Shown one piece after another: positions 1 to 10,652 of a DNA stretch of 64,000 nucleotides (its first letter is position 1; every line of letters begins with the position of its first letter). The notes under the pieces were generated by a model. The model was not told the DNA's origin. It saw nothing but the letters and a program-made list of their open reading frames with translations, and searched no databases. This DNA comes from Mayamaea pseudoterrestris (Eukaryota). The stretch spans positions 124,001 through 188,000 of the forward strand of contig BROI01000003.1 in NCBI GenBank assembly GCA_027923505.1, in the 5' to 3' direction. A program made the translations under genes and the position numbers.

Positions 1-2233
1 CAGATAGTTCTGTGACTGCCTCTCGGCGGTGCCTCCATTTGCTCCGAAACGGTTGGAAATCTCAATGGTATCAACTGTTTGATCCGCTTGGAGGTCTTCA
101 AACTCTCCAAGCATCACTGTTAGTGGGCCTGAGAACCAGTCCAGGCGACCCTGAATTATCTTGCCGGCGCTCTCGTGATACCAGCTCGAATTGGTTCTCG
201 CGTTGACAATATGCGACTGCGGTGGAAGACTGGGATTAGCTTGTTCAATTTGCGACCCCCAATTTTGATCGACGCGAGCGATGGCCAGCACGACAAGTTT
301 ATCGTTTGGTCCAAAACCTTCCGAAATATCAATCGATCCAGCAAAAGGCTGACCAGCACTTCCGTCCTTGGAAAAGCGAGTTGTCCCTCGCGCATCCGTC
401 AATAGTTTGCCTTCTCTGAAGTAGCGTTGTAGGTCGTCAAAAGACGGTTGGGATAGACAATCCAGTAGCTCCAATGGGACATCATCCCATTTCGCATACC
501 ACAAGCGAGTCTCGTCAATTGTTAACGCACCGCCAACGTGCCAATTCAGAACAACCTTGCGACTGTTAAACGGAACCTTCACCGCACTTGTAATTTGGCA
601 AGACCGACCTTCTGGTCGCATTAGTGGAACAACGTCGTCGGAGAGCTCGAGTTCATTCACAGATGTGAATGCAACGTAAGGCTCGACAAACTCTGCGGCC
701 AGCAAGCTCAGGCGAATGTTCCGTGACACGTATCCGTTGCCCTTGGTGCCGTCACTGGCGCTGCGTCGCAGCAAGTTTTCGCTCGTACCCAACGTACTTT
801 GCGATGGAATCTTGTCGTTGCTCGATTCCACCAGCATGTTGAAGACCCGCAAGGTTGATGGTCCGTAGACAGTCTTTTCCTTTGGGTATCCACCAAACGT
901 TGTGGGCTCGCACTGCAGCATGCGGTCCGTATCCCAACTACCAGCGTACGCAAAGTCTTCCATACCTCCGCGCACAGGATATACCAAATCGTTCATGTTT
1001 CCATATTCGTATGGCTTGCTTTGCGCAAAACCTCCGCCATATCTGCTGTAGGCGGCAGCAATCTCGGATTGGGCCGCATCGTCGGGTGACATGTTGGGCT
1101 TTGTCCAGGATGGCGCGCCCCATTCGTATCCAATCACTTCCATGCCTGTAAAAACCAAAAATTTGAGATACGAATAGCTTGCCCATGTGTGGAGAATGAC
1201 TTGATTCATGCGTCATGGGCCGTTAACTTTGCGTCAAGGAAAAACATGATTTATGACACCATGTGTACTACTCACCACCATGAAACGTGAGCGACAACTG
1301 AAACATGTGACTCCGAAACACTTCGTTCAAGGTTCGCCCGGCAATCGTTTGCATGCACAACGTCGGATCGCGCAAATCGTACGGAAAGTCGCGGTTCGGA
1401 TCAATGTTTCCTTCCTCGCGTACTTTGCGAAAGTAGCCCAAGGCATTGGCCGTTGGAACAAACACGATGCGCCGGGTACTCAGAAGGCGCGCCAGCCACT
1501 TGAGATCGTAGTCAAGATAGCCGCGGTCGCTCCAATTCTGCCGACATTTTCTTGCAGCCTCCAATTCGTCCTTCCAATCGCGAATGCTTTCCTTCATCGA
1601 GGTGCGAGGGAGTGATTCACACTCTGCCGCGTCGAGCATTACTTGAGCCGCTTCCAAAACGGCCGTTGGTCCGACTTGTTCGTTGCCGTGGACTTCTCCG
1701 GACCATCTGTGCAAGTATTAAATAGACATGAATGAATGAGTGATGAGGGAGTGAATGAGAGAAAATTGTTGGAGTTTAAACAAGGTCTGACATTAACTCT
1801 CTTGACAAAGCCTTTCGTTAATCACTTACAATACCTCTGGTAATCTGTTGCTACTCTCACTATTCTCCGGATGTTTCACAAAGTCTTGCATCGTCACAAT
1901 GAAGTTGAGACAGCCGTCTCCGCCAAGGTCGTAGGGACAGTCGTTGCTTGAGCCGGCGCGCGGCAAGCCGAAGGCATCTTGCGCCGTGGTGACGCGGACA
2001 AAATCGGGATAGCGGCCGGCCCATTCGAGTAACGTTTTCGAAATTAATTGAGGTTCCCATAGAGAGTAGGTTTGTATGATTTTTGGTGTTGCTAATGAGT
2101 TTTCATTGCTGCCATCAAGACGTCGTCTCGTGAGCGAGTCATGGTGCAGGTTTGCATAGTTCAGTGCAGCAGCAGCTGCTGCTCCGCAAGTTAGAATTGC
2201 ATACGATATATACTTGTTTATTCTACTTGTCAT
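1..2233 (-). CDS. Zinc carboxypeptidase, peptidase family M14 (3 exons visible; runs off the left edge)
   Basis: Exons 2233-1830, 1706-1276 and 1145-<1 are joined by GT-AG introns 1707-1829 and 1146-1275. The spliced protein shows M14 motifs SGEVHGNE (HxxE), DPNRDFP, LTFHGG, YPVRGGMEDFAY and MLVESS. The N-terminus is hydrophobic. Confidence 0.85.
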
Positions 2234-2577
2234 ATCTCGATAGTAGCTTTCAAGTTGCTAGGCTATGGGCCTCGTTTGCTGTTGGAGCGGCTTTGTTCGT
2301 CATGGTCATTCATCGCCATCGGTCACATAGCTCAGCACCACTGAAAACTGTAAAAGATACCTGTCGTTGCGACACGTGCGCACCTTCCTCCGTTGACGTG
2401 ATGCTGATCATCAACCGTTTGGACCATGATGACAATCACTTGATGATCGTGCCATTTGAACGCGATACTTGTTGCGTCTTGATCAAATATTCACAAATAG
2501 CAGACTAATAGGCGTCCTGTCTCTGTCCATCCGCCATTGATTCGCTTTTTGTTGACGTGTCAAAAGATCATTTCAAT

Positions 2578-5230
2578 ATGAAGCAATCCAAACTTTCATG
2601 CAGCTCCAAGCATCAGCAGTCGCCCGCTATGACGCTGACCAGACCCAAGGAATCGCGAAACCTGCATCACTACTTTCCCGCCATGCAGCAGCAGCAGCAG
2701 CGCTATAAGACGGAGCAGTCTCGCGCTTCGTCGCGCGCTGGCGTCGCCATGAATAATCAGAGGCAGCACCAGCAGCAAAGTGGCGCAAAAAGTATCGCCC
2801 ATGAATCATCTCACGTGGAGCGTCATGCTGCCCGCAATCAGCAACAACAACAACCAGTAAATCCCCAGCTAGTGATTGAAATCATAGACGATGACGACGA
2901 TGACGATGCGCCGCTCTATTGCTGGTCGCCAGCCAAAGCAACCAGCAAGCACGGTAATGAAGGCTTGAATGGCACTCATCACAATCATGGAGCCGTCGTC
3001 GAGCATCGTTCCGTGAAGAGTTCGAACAGCAATGGTCGTACACTAGCTGCTGCTGCTTCTGCCGCGCCTGCGAGTCATGAGCGACATACGCTTGCGATTG
3101 GCAGCAAACCGTCGCATTCGCCAGCCAAAACCCATCATGAAGAATTGCGTGACTTGAATGGCACTCACAACAGTCATGGAGCCGTCGCCGCGCATCGTTC
3201 CGCGCATCCTCCACCGAAGGGTCGCACACTTGCTGCTTCTGCCTCGTCTACGAGTCATGAGCGACGCACGCTTGCAACTGTCGGCAAGCAGTCGCATCTT
3301 GAATGGCACTCACAACAGTCATGGAGCCGTCGCCGCGCATCGTTCCGCGCATCCTCCACCGAAGGGTCGCACACTTGCTGCTTCTGCCTCGTCTACGAGT
3401 CATGAGCGACGCACGCTTGCAACTGTCGGCAAGCAGTCGCATACGCCAGCCAAAACCCATCATGAAGAATCGCGTGACTTGAATGGCGCTCACAACAATC
3501 ATGGAGCCGTCGTCGAGCATTGTTCCGTGAATGTACCAACCGGTAGCACGCATGCTGCTGCCGCGTCGGCGGCGAGTCATGAGCGACGCATGCTTGCGAC
3601 TGGCAGCAAACCGTCGCATCACAAAAGGTCGCCGTTTGCGCGGCGCAAGCGCGCCAATGACGTTTTTATGAAGACTGCTACTAGTAGCAGCGCCAGCAAG
3701 CGACAGCGTTTCAATGTGCATGCAAGTAAAGCGACTCGAAACGACGTGCCAAGCAATCAAAGTCCAGCTGCGGCAAACTACTTTACGTTGAGCGACAATG
3801 AGTCAGACGAGCAGACGGTACATGCCCAGCAGCAGTCGATCCAGCGTCAAGAGTTGCGAGACATTGAGCCAGCGGCGACTCAATATGCCGATTCGGCGCA
3901 ACGAAAGCCAGTTGTGAGTCAACAAGTCCAAAGGCCATTGGCATTAGCAGAGAAGCACCATGGTAGCAGGACGCACGGCAACCAAAAGCTGGGAGTGGCC
4001 GAATCAGATAGTCGAAACTCGCTGTCGGCAACGCATACATTGAATGCACGCGCACCACTGCCCGTGTTTGCAACCAACGCAATTCATGCGGACGGTATTC
4101 GTGCGACTGCGGGGCCACTTACTGCCGAGCAGCTGCAACAACAAGTCGCACACTTGCAGGAATTGCCGGAGCATGTAGACTCTGAGCTTTACACTCTGGA
4201 TGAGTTTATCACAATTGCTAAGGCAATGTGCCGCACGATAACAAACACCAAGGAAGTCAAAGAAAAGGATCCTTTGGTGGCGATTGAAAAGGGCATTTGC
4301 AGGAATGCCAATTACAACATTAAAGGTAACCGGGAGATTCAGCAGAAGGCGCAATATGGACGTGTCACTTTTCCCGCGATTGAGAAACTATTTCGCAAAG
4401 ATTACTTTCATCTCAAGCCGGATGACGTTTTTCTTGACTTGGGACATGGGATTAGGCTTCCTAGCTTTCAAGCTGCCTACACTGTAGGATGTGAGAGTCG
4501 AGGTATAGAATTGGATGATGATCGCTTCTTGGTAAGCCAGGTCTTTGAGGGGATGTTTAAAGATCAATTGCAGGCCATTCAGAATGAATGTTTGTTACAT
4601 CGTCAAGGCTTCTTACCGCCAACAGGCGGCAAGATGATTTTTAAACAGGGGTCACTGAGCGATTTTAAACAGGTTGATTTCTTGACCAACCAGGGTCGCG
4701 TTACAAAATGTCTTGTTAACAATTTTGATGGCGTTTTTGCGGATCGCTCAAAAAGTAAAGAAGGCGGATCCAAATACTGTTTGGATAATTTTGTTGCGGC
4801 ACTCTTTGCAAGAATGGATCCAGAGTCAATCATGATCACGCTTCATCCCCTCGATTTGGGTCGTTGCTGCATTGAAGCAGCAAAGCTTCGGCACCTGCAC
4901 CAACTAACATTTCAGCCAAATGCTTCGTTTTACGTCATGGAAGAATTAATACTGGGGCCACAAAAGGATACTGTTTCTTGGTCGTCTCATTCAACGGTCC
5001 CTCTCACTGTTTACAAATACACACGCAAGGGAGAAAGTACATTTGTATGCTGCAATGCCACCTGTGACAAGAGGAACGTACGTCAGCAGGCGACAGAAAT
5101 ACGAACATTGAAAGGGGGTTATCCGGATGAGACGACTCGTGAAGAGGATATGGTAATGGTTATCCGCTCCTGTGACTGCATGCAAAACATTCGGTCGATT
5201 CGTCAGCGGAAACCTCCCCGAATAAGTTAG
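2578..5230 (+). CDS. DOT1-like (H3K79-type) class I SAM methyltransferase with His/Ala-rich N-terminal repeats; frameshifted as assembled
   Basis: The C-terminal ORF has QYGRV...LKPDDVFLDLGHGI...QAA..VGCESRGIE...VNNF, the DOT1 motif order. ORFs 2557-3405 and 3158-5230 join into one frame if one copy of the 145-bp duplication is removed. Confidence 0.7.
2964..3620 (+). repeat. Coding tandem repeat, 4 units (starts 2964, 3153, 3298, 3478), including an exact 145-bp duplication
   Basis: Each unit begins cttgaatggc(a/g)ctca. Spacings are 189, 145 and 180 nt. 3153-3297 and 3298-3442 are identical by eye. Confidence 0.9.
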
Positions 5231-5338
5231 TCGACCCTGTATTTACCTAGATACACTCGATTGATTTGGCAGTGGGAGTCTATTTAACAGTGAAGTACTA
5301 GTCTGCATAGTTCTCTGATCATTATGTCGTAGTGACTT

Positions 5339-7294
5339 CTATTGTAACCTTATAATTCTATCGGATATTTCATTTCGAAACATGCAGTCAAAGACATCGG
5401 TGTTGTAGGTACGATACAGCTCCTCATCGTGCTCATAGGCATCGCAAACGGCGTTATTAGCGGGACAAAAGGTCACCTCGGTCAGCTTCACCGTAATGCT
5501 ATCGTCTGACTCGACTTGAAACATGACATCAACGCCGTAGATAGCACGTGAATGATGCTTTCCTTTTGACATTCCGGGAAAGGCTCGCGTCATGCCATTG
5601 AACAACTCTCGTATCATGTCATGGATCAAAGGAAGAATTGCCCCGTTCCAGTCAAATCCAGAATATTGTCTCCCTAATTCAGCAATAGTTTCAATATCAA
5701 CCGGCAATGTTTGCAAAGGGTCGCCGGTGCTTCGATGGTCTTTCGTTAACAAATGATTCGCTGTGAGAACAGACTCGAGGTCATAAAGATTTGATGCGAC
5801 GATAATCGAGTGTACTTTGTTAGCAATTCGAAAATAGACACGCTTGTGCATGTATAGCTTGGGTTTGTATGAAGCATCACAAAGCATGACTATACAGCGA
5901 CAATCCACTTTCCGGTCTTGATAGCAAACTGGCCGCTCAATATATCGCTGGACCACCCAACTCTGCGTTCCCGCATCCACTAGACGCAGTATATGAGCAG
6001 TGCTCCTCGTGATCAAGTGCCCCCTGCTTTGCGTGCCTCGAGCTGGCTTGACAATCCAAATTGGCGGTTCCTCTGATTGTCCCTGCGCCAAGACTGCGGC
6101 GCCAATGAACTCACCAAGATGAACATCCAAATCATACGTCTCAATGGACCAGCTTGGTCGTGGTAGTCCATGTTGATTCAAAACTTCACGAGCAAGATGG
6201 TCTTTCTGCACAAAAGCTCCCTCGTATGGAAACTGGTTGACGTAAAGTGATCGGGGAGCGTCCTCGAGAAAAGCATAAACCTTGGACATGACGGCGAACA
6301 CCGACTGATACGAGAAAATAATGTCCGCATCCTCCAGATTATCAACGAGCCGATACTTGGCAGGGTCGAGACCAGCTTTTTTGTGACTAAGTTCCATGGG
6401 ATCGTTCGTGTCAGTGTAGACGCGAAGGGCAGCGCTGGTTGTCTCAGCCTTTTCTTCCTCACTTGTCGAAACAACTGTGCGACTTGACATTGTGTTTGTA
6501 TCATTAGCATCAGCTGCTAGTTTCGCTTGTCGTTTCAAGTGATATTGGTGCGCAAACTCGGCATGCAGCAGCTTGGCCGTAGCGAGTGCTTTGCCTGGTG
6601 CCTGCAATCCAAGCAGGGCGGCGTATCGCACGTGGCGCGTCGCGTCGTTAGGACAGGAATGCTTTGGCACCAAATCCAACGTTGGCATGGCAGCTGCGCT
6701 GGAGTCCATGCCGGGCGAGAGATAGACGAGGGACGTTTCAATCACTTTGTCGCCCACGTGATATCGGAAAGGAAATGGCCCAGTCAAGTGTGCTTCCTCA
6801 TCGATTTCGCACTGCGGATAATACGGCGGAGCTGGAAGAGCCGCTCGGATGGAACCGTCATGTGATCGATACAAAATGACTCGAGACCATGTAGCAGGCT
6901 GTAGAATCGTATCAATAAGCGCTTTTCGGTCCAAAGTCGTGAATTCTCGTTCCGTGGCAGCAGCAGGGCTCGCCTTGTTTATCCAAACCTGCTCCTGAAG
7001 TGCCTTGAATACTGTTTGCATCGCTAGATCACTCAACTTATTCAAATCGATTAGCATACCCTTGTGACAGGAGATATCCCAGCTCATAACGTGAGGTACT
7101 ACAAACATTGCACCATACGGCGAGTCTGTCGCCGTTGCAGGCCGGCATTGCGTCAAGAGACGGTCCTGGTTGACTTCATCATTTTCATCTAGACAAAAGC
7201 ACTCTGTCAGTCTATCGTAGAGACTTTCAAAGAGCGCCTCGGGGATGTTCAAAGCATCGAGTTGGACTCGGTGAGTTCTAACAAAGGCCTCCAT
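5339..7294 (-). CDS. Tubulin-tyrosine ligase family protein, TTLL12-like
   Basis: 651-aa ORF with ATP-grasp TTL motifs VNQFPYE, WIVKP, VVQRYIERP, KVDCR, RAIYGVDVM and EVTFCP. Confidence 0.8.
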   Translation of the reverse strand: MEAFVRTHRVQLDALNIPEALFESLYDRLTECFCLDENDEVNQDRLLTQCRPATATDSPYGAMFVVPHVMSWDISCHKGMLIDLNKLSDLAMQTVFKALQEQVWINKASPAAATEREFTTLDRKALIDTILQPATWSRVILYRSHDGSIRAALPAPPYYPQCEIDEEAHLTGPFPFRYHVGDKVIETSLVYLSPGMDSSAAAMPTLDLVPKHSCPNDATRHVRYAALLGLQAPGKALATAKLLHAEFAHQYHLKRQAKLAADANDTNTMSSRTVVSTSEEEKAETTSAALRVYTDTNDPMELSHKKAGLDPAKYRLVDNLEDADIIFSYQSVFAVMSKVYAFLEDAPRSLYVNQFPYEGAFVQKDHLAREVLNQHGLPRPSWSIETYDLDVHLGEFIGAAVLAQGQSEEPPIWIVKPARGTQSRGHLITRSTAHILRLVDAGTQSWVVQRYIERPVCYQDRKVDCRCIVMLCDASYKPKLYMHKRVYFRIANKVHSIIVASNLYDLESVLTANHLLTKDHRSTGDPLQTLPVDIETIAELGRQYSGFDWNGAILPLIHDMIRELFNGMTRAFPGMSKGKHHSRAIYGVDVMFQVESDDSITVKLTEVTFCPANNAVCDAYEHDEELYRTYNTDVFDCMFRNEISDRIIRLQ

Positions 7295-7543
7295 GGTGGT
7301 GGTTTGTGGGAACGCGAGTTTCGAATTTGTGTTTTCATTCGCGCTTACAGTCTTACTGTGACTGTCCGTTCAAAGCCCGCCCGGCTCGCCGTGGTTTCGA
7401 ATTGTGGCGCGAAACCGCGATGCGATCTGCCGCGTAACCATGGACGCAACACAATCTTGTCCTTGACGATCATCGAGCCCAAGCACTGCTCCCTCTTGCA
7501 AGTAACCAATTACTACAGTGGTCATCTCTCTTCATTCCTTGCC

Positions 7544-8428
7544 ATGTCATCCATCTCTGAAGCCGCTTCTCGTCTCCTCGGCGACGCCTGGACCAAGCCG
7601 TCGGACCGCTCCTCGACTGAAACAGCATTGACCTCCACCTCCACCACTGCGTCATCCTTTGCCTCCGCCAATGACAATGGACCCGAAGAAAACGACTACT
7701 GGAACGATGACGACTGGGTTCCTGTCAACAAAAATGGAACGCAGCGCAGTCCCAATCAGATTCGCAACGAGTTTCAGCGCTACTTGGACAAGTGCGGCAT
7801 GACGCAGACAACAATTCTTTCTCGCATTGGCGTGAACAGTAACTCCTTTCGCAAATTTATGAACCCCAAGACGTACAAGAATCCATGGAGCGCCGTTGAG
7901 AATGGAACCTACTGGGCGGCGGCGCGTTTGCTGGAGGAGGAACGCATGAAACCAAAGGCGTCGTCGGCGACTGGTACCAAGCGCAAGGCGAACGACTCTG
8001 CTGGCGGCGCGGAAGCGAAAAAGAGCAAGGCCCAAGCCAAGTCGGATGCAATGGCGCTCATGCAGCGCATCATGGCGGTGGAGAATGTCAATGAGCGCGC
8101 CGTCTACGACAGCTGTCCAGAAGTCATTAAAAAGATTAAAACCTTCCTCGAAATGGACGGCGTCACCAAGAGCGACTTTTGCTCGTACTGTCTCGACGTA
8201 CAGCCGGCGCAGCTCAACAAGTTTCTCATGACCAAGCAGCAGGATGGAGCTGGTCAGGCGGTGTACCATCTCGCGTGGACATTCTTTGAGAAGAAACGCT
8301 TGTTGGACGGAGAACCCAAGAGCAAGGCTCGCATCAAGAATGAATCCGAGCATCCTCGTGGGTTTGACCTTGCGCGACCTCGCACACACATGTGGGTTTA
8401 CGTTGGTGCTAATGAACGACTTTTCTAA
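7544..8428 (+). CDS. Conserved hypothetical protein with two related HTH-like domains (putative DNA-binding)
   Basis: ATG at 7544. Two similar segments (RSPNQIRNEFQRYL..MTQTTIL..IGVNSNSFRKFM and YDSCPEVIKKIKTFL..GVTKSDF..DVQPAQLNKFL) flank a basic linker (TKRKA, KKSK). Confidence 0.6.
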   Translation: MSSISEAASRLLGDAWTKPSDRSSTETALTSTSTTASSFASANDNGPEENDYWNDDDWVPVNKNGTQRSPNQIRNEFQRYLDKCGMTQTTILSRIGVNSNSFRKFMNPKTYKNPWSAVENGTYWAAARLLEEERMKPKASSATGTKRKANDSAGGAEAKKSKAQAKSDAMALMQRIMAVENVNERAVYDSCPEVIKKIKTFLEMDGVTKSDFCSYCLDVQPAQLNKFLMTKQQDGAGQAVYHLAWTFFEKKRLLDGEPKSKARIKNESEHPRGFDLARPRTHMWVYVGANERLF

Positions 8429-8974
8429 GGTTTGTACCGATGCTTGAGCTTGTTCGAATTGGCTGGGATGGAGGTTCGTAGTTGCGTAATATTGGATAGT
8501 CTTTGTGTTTACATTTTCATTGTATCATGCTTTTCGTAGTCATGCCTCATCTACCGGTATGTTAACTTTGTTGAACGTAGCTACATGCAAGCTACTGAGG
8601 TCCACAGTCAGCTTACGAAGACTAACAACATTTCGATTGGATTGGGCTTGGTGCCTACGTACCAAAATACATTTTCAGAGAATTTCGGCTCTTTCGTGGC
8701 TACCAGTTTGCTCACTGATATTCCAATAGCTACGATACTGTATCCTGTTTGGCTTGCTAGTATGATATATACCGTACAAGAAGAAGTATTGTATGTTCCT
8801 AACAGGAGATGGCAGAATATGCAGCTAAATTCGGTACCGCAGCGACGAGAAATCTACGTCACACCGCGACTCAACAGCTTTTTGAAATTTTCGAATGCCT
8901 GGATGCCTCATTGGCCTGCATACTGCATACCGACTTGAAAACCATTGCATCGATGCTTCATAGCAAGGACGTCC

Positions 8975-10381
8975 ATGATGCAGGAGCCAATACTGAAAGA
9001 ATCTCGCCGACGGAAATATACTAGACGAGCGCTGCATACACTAGTCGTCTGCTGCATTGCTGGAGCATTGTTGTATCAAACCAGCTTTTCCGCCAAAACT
9101 GTGAAGGCCACCCTGCAGAACATTCACTTTTACGAAAACGACAAGTCTGGTCCACTACAAGGACTGATAGATGCAGTGTCGGATGTAAAACAACACGCTG
9201 CGAAGGATCTTTGGTTTCACATGCTGTCGATTCCAGAAACAACCGATTGGCTGATTGGCAACTACACGGACGAGGCGAAGAATTTTTACGCCACGACTTT
9301 GAACGAAAATGCCGCCGAGATTTGGCTACATCGCGGCTTTCTGAATGAAACAGACTTGGTCGACGATCCTTCAAACGCTGATGTGATACTGATTCCATCC
9401 TACCTGTTGCTGCATCGACACATTGGTGGTGCCGTCCAAAACAAGACGGTCGAACACATGGACATTTCAGCTCAACTGGGCAACCTGCTCGTCCGACGCA
9501 TTCAACCTTTCTTCAACAGCTCGCAGCATCGCATCGTGTTAATGTCAACGACGCAGAATCCCACGGAATCACGACGAATCGGAATCCACTCCGTCGTGGG
9601 GGCGCTGCGAGAAAACTTTGGCGGCGAAGCAGTCTACAGTCTTGGGTTCGAACGCAACTTTTTTTGGCATCCGGTGCATGCGAGCCAAGTGATTGTTATT
9701 CCATACGTTGTCAAGCCCACTAGTCTTTATACTGACCATGTGTTTGATTATGCAAAGCATGGCGTCTTTTACCGGGGTGACTACCGCAACAACGCAGTCC
9801 AATGGGCCGGATGCAATCGCAGCATGGTGCTTCCGCTATCAGATTATGGACAACAGTATCCAAACAACACGGAAGGCATCAATGTGCAGCTTGTCGCCAA
9901 GGGCGTGCGGCTATCTCAGGACGACTACAATACAATGGTGGAGCATTCCGAGTTTTGCCTGGCAGTGTGTGGCGATACGGTAACGAGTCGCAGTTTGGCA
10001 AGCTACATGGTGGCTGGATGCATTCCAGTGAGAATTGGATCAAGACTACGAGGGTACTGCGACGCACCTTGCCGGATCGGGTGGGGCTGGACCTTTACCA
10101 ATGGATCTTCTCATTTGCCGTATCCCTTCATGATTGATTGGAACAAATTTCCCGAAGTCGATGAGCAAAAGTTTACCATTGATCCAGTGCAAGAGCTTCG
10201 CGATATGCTGGACACTGTCACTGTGGAAGAGAGACATGAAATGCGTCGCATCATGCAGCGAGTGCATCGTGGCTTCATATATGGATGGGGCAATCCAGTC
10301 GACCCTCACAAATTTGGTGAGGCATTCGGCTTTATTCGTCAGTCGATCGTTGATCACTTGACGTATGCTCCACTAGGATGA
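8975..10381 (+). CDS. Exostosin-family (GT47) glycosyltransferase, type II membrane protein
   Basis: N-terminal basic stretch plus TM anchor. Contains DPSNADVILIP and SEFCLAVCGDTVTSRSLASYMVAGCIPV, typical of the GT47 C-terminal motif. Confidence 0.8.
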   Translation: MMQEPILKESRRRKYTRRALHTLVVCCIAGALLYQTSFSAKTVKATLQNIHFYENDKSGPLQGLIDAVSDVKQHAAKDLWFHMLSIPETTDWLIGNYTDEAKNFYATTLNENAAEIWLHRGFLNETDLVDDPSNADVILIPSYLLLHRHIGGAVQNKTVEHMDISAQLGNLLVRRIQPFFNSSQHRIVLMSTTQNPTESRRIGIHSVVGALRENFGGEAVYSLGFERNFFWHPVHASQVIVIPYVVKPTSLYTDHVFDYAKHGVFYRGDYRNNAVQWAGCNRSMVLPLSDYGQQYPNNTEGINVQLVAKGVRLSQDDYNTMVEHSEFCLAVCGDTVTSRSLASYMVAGCIPVRIGSRLRGYCDAPCRIGWGWTFTNGSSHLPYPFMIDWNKFPEVDEQKFTIDPVQELRDMLDTVTVEERHEMRRIMQRVHRGFIYGWGNPVDPHKFGEAFGFIRQSIVDHLTYAPLG

Positions 10382-10652
10382 TTGGCAAAGTCATTGTCAA
10401 GCGCGGGATCATAAGATGATACAGAATATTGCCTGCGAAAGTGAATGGCCGTGGCTTTTAACAATTTGATTTCCATTATCCCTAGACGCGGACGCTAGCT
10501 TTGGGCAACATAATTTAGAAACGCGCTGTTTCCAATTACAAACTTAATTTACAATAAAGTATCCGTTTATCATCGACTATGTGTTTGAAGGCCATCCTTG
10601 TCGAATCTGTGTTTCCGTCTATCTTGAAAGAAAAAGTCAAAACCAGAAATTA

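Noticed and set aside
2964..3620. Repeat array as CRISPR-like or non-coding array
   Set aside because: Units are long, contiguous and protein-coding with no unique spacers; eukaryotic context with no cas genes.
8585..8938. 117-aa ORF upstream of GT47
   Set aside because: No recognisable features, AT-richer intergenic-like composition, different frame from GT47; unsupported.
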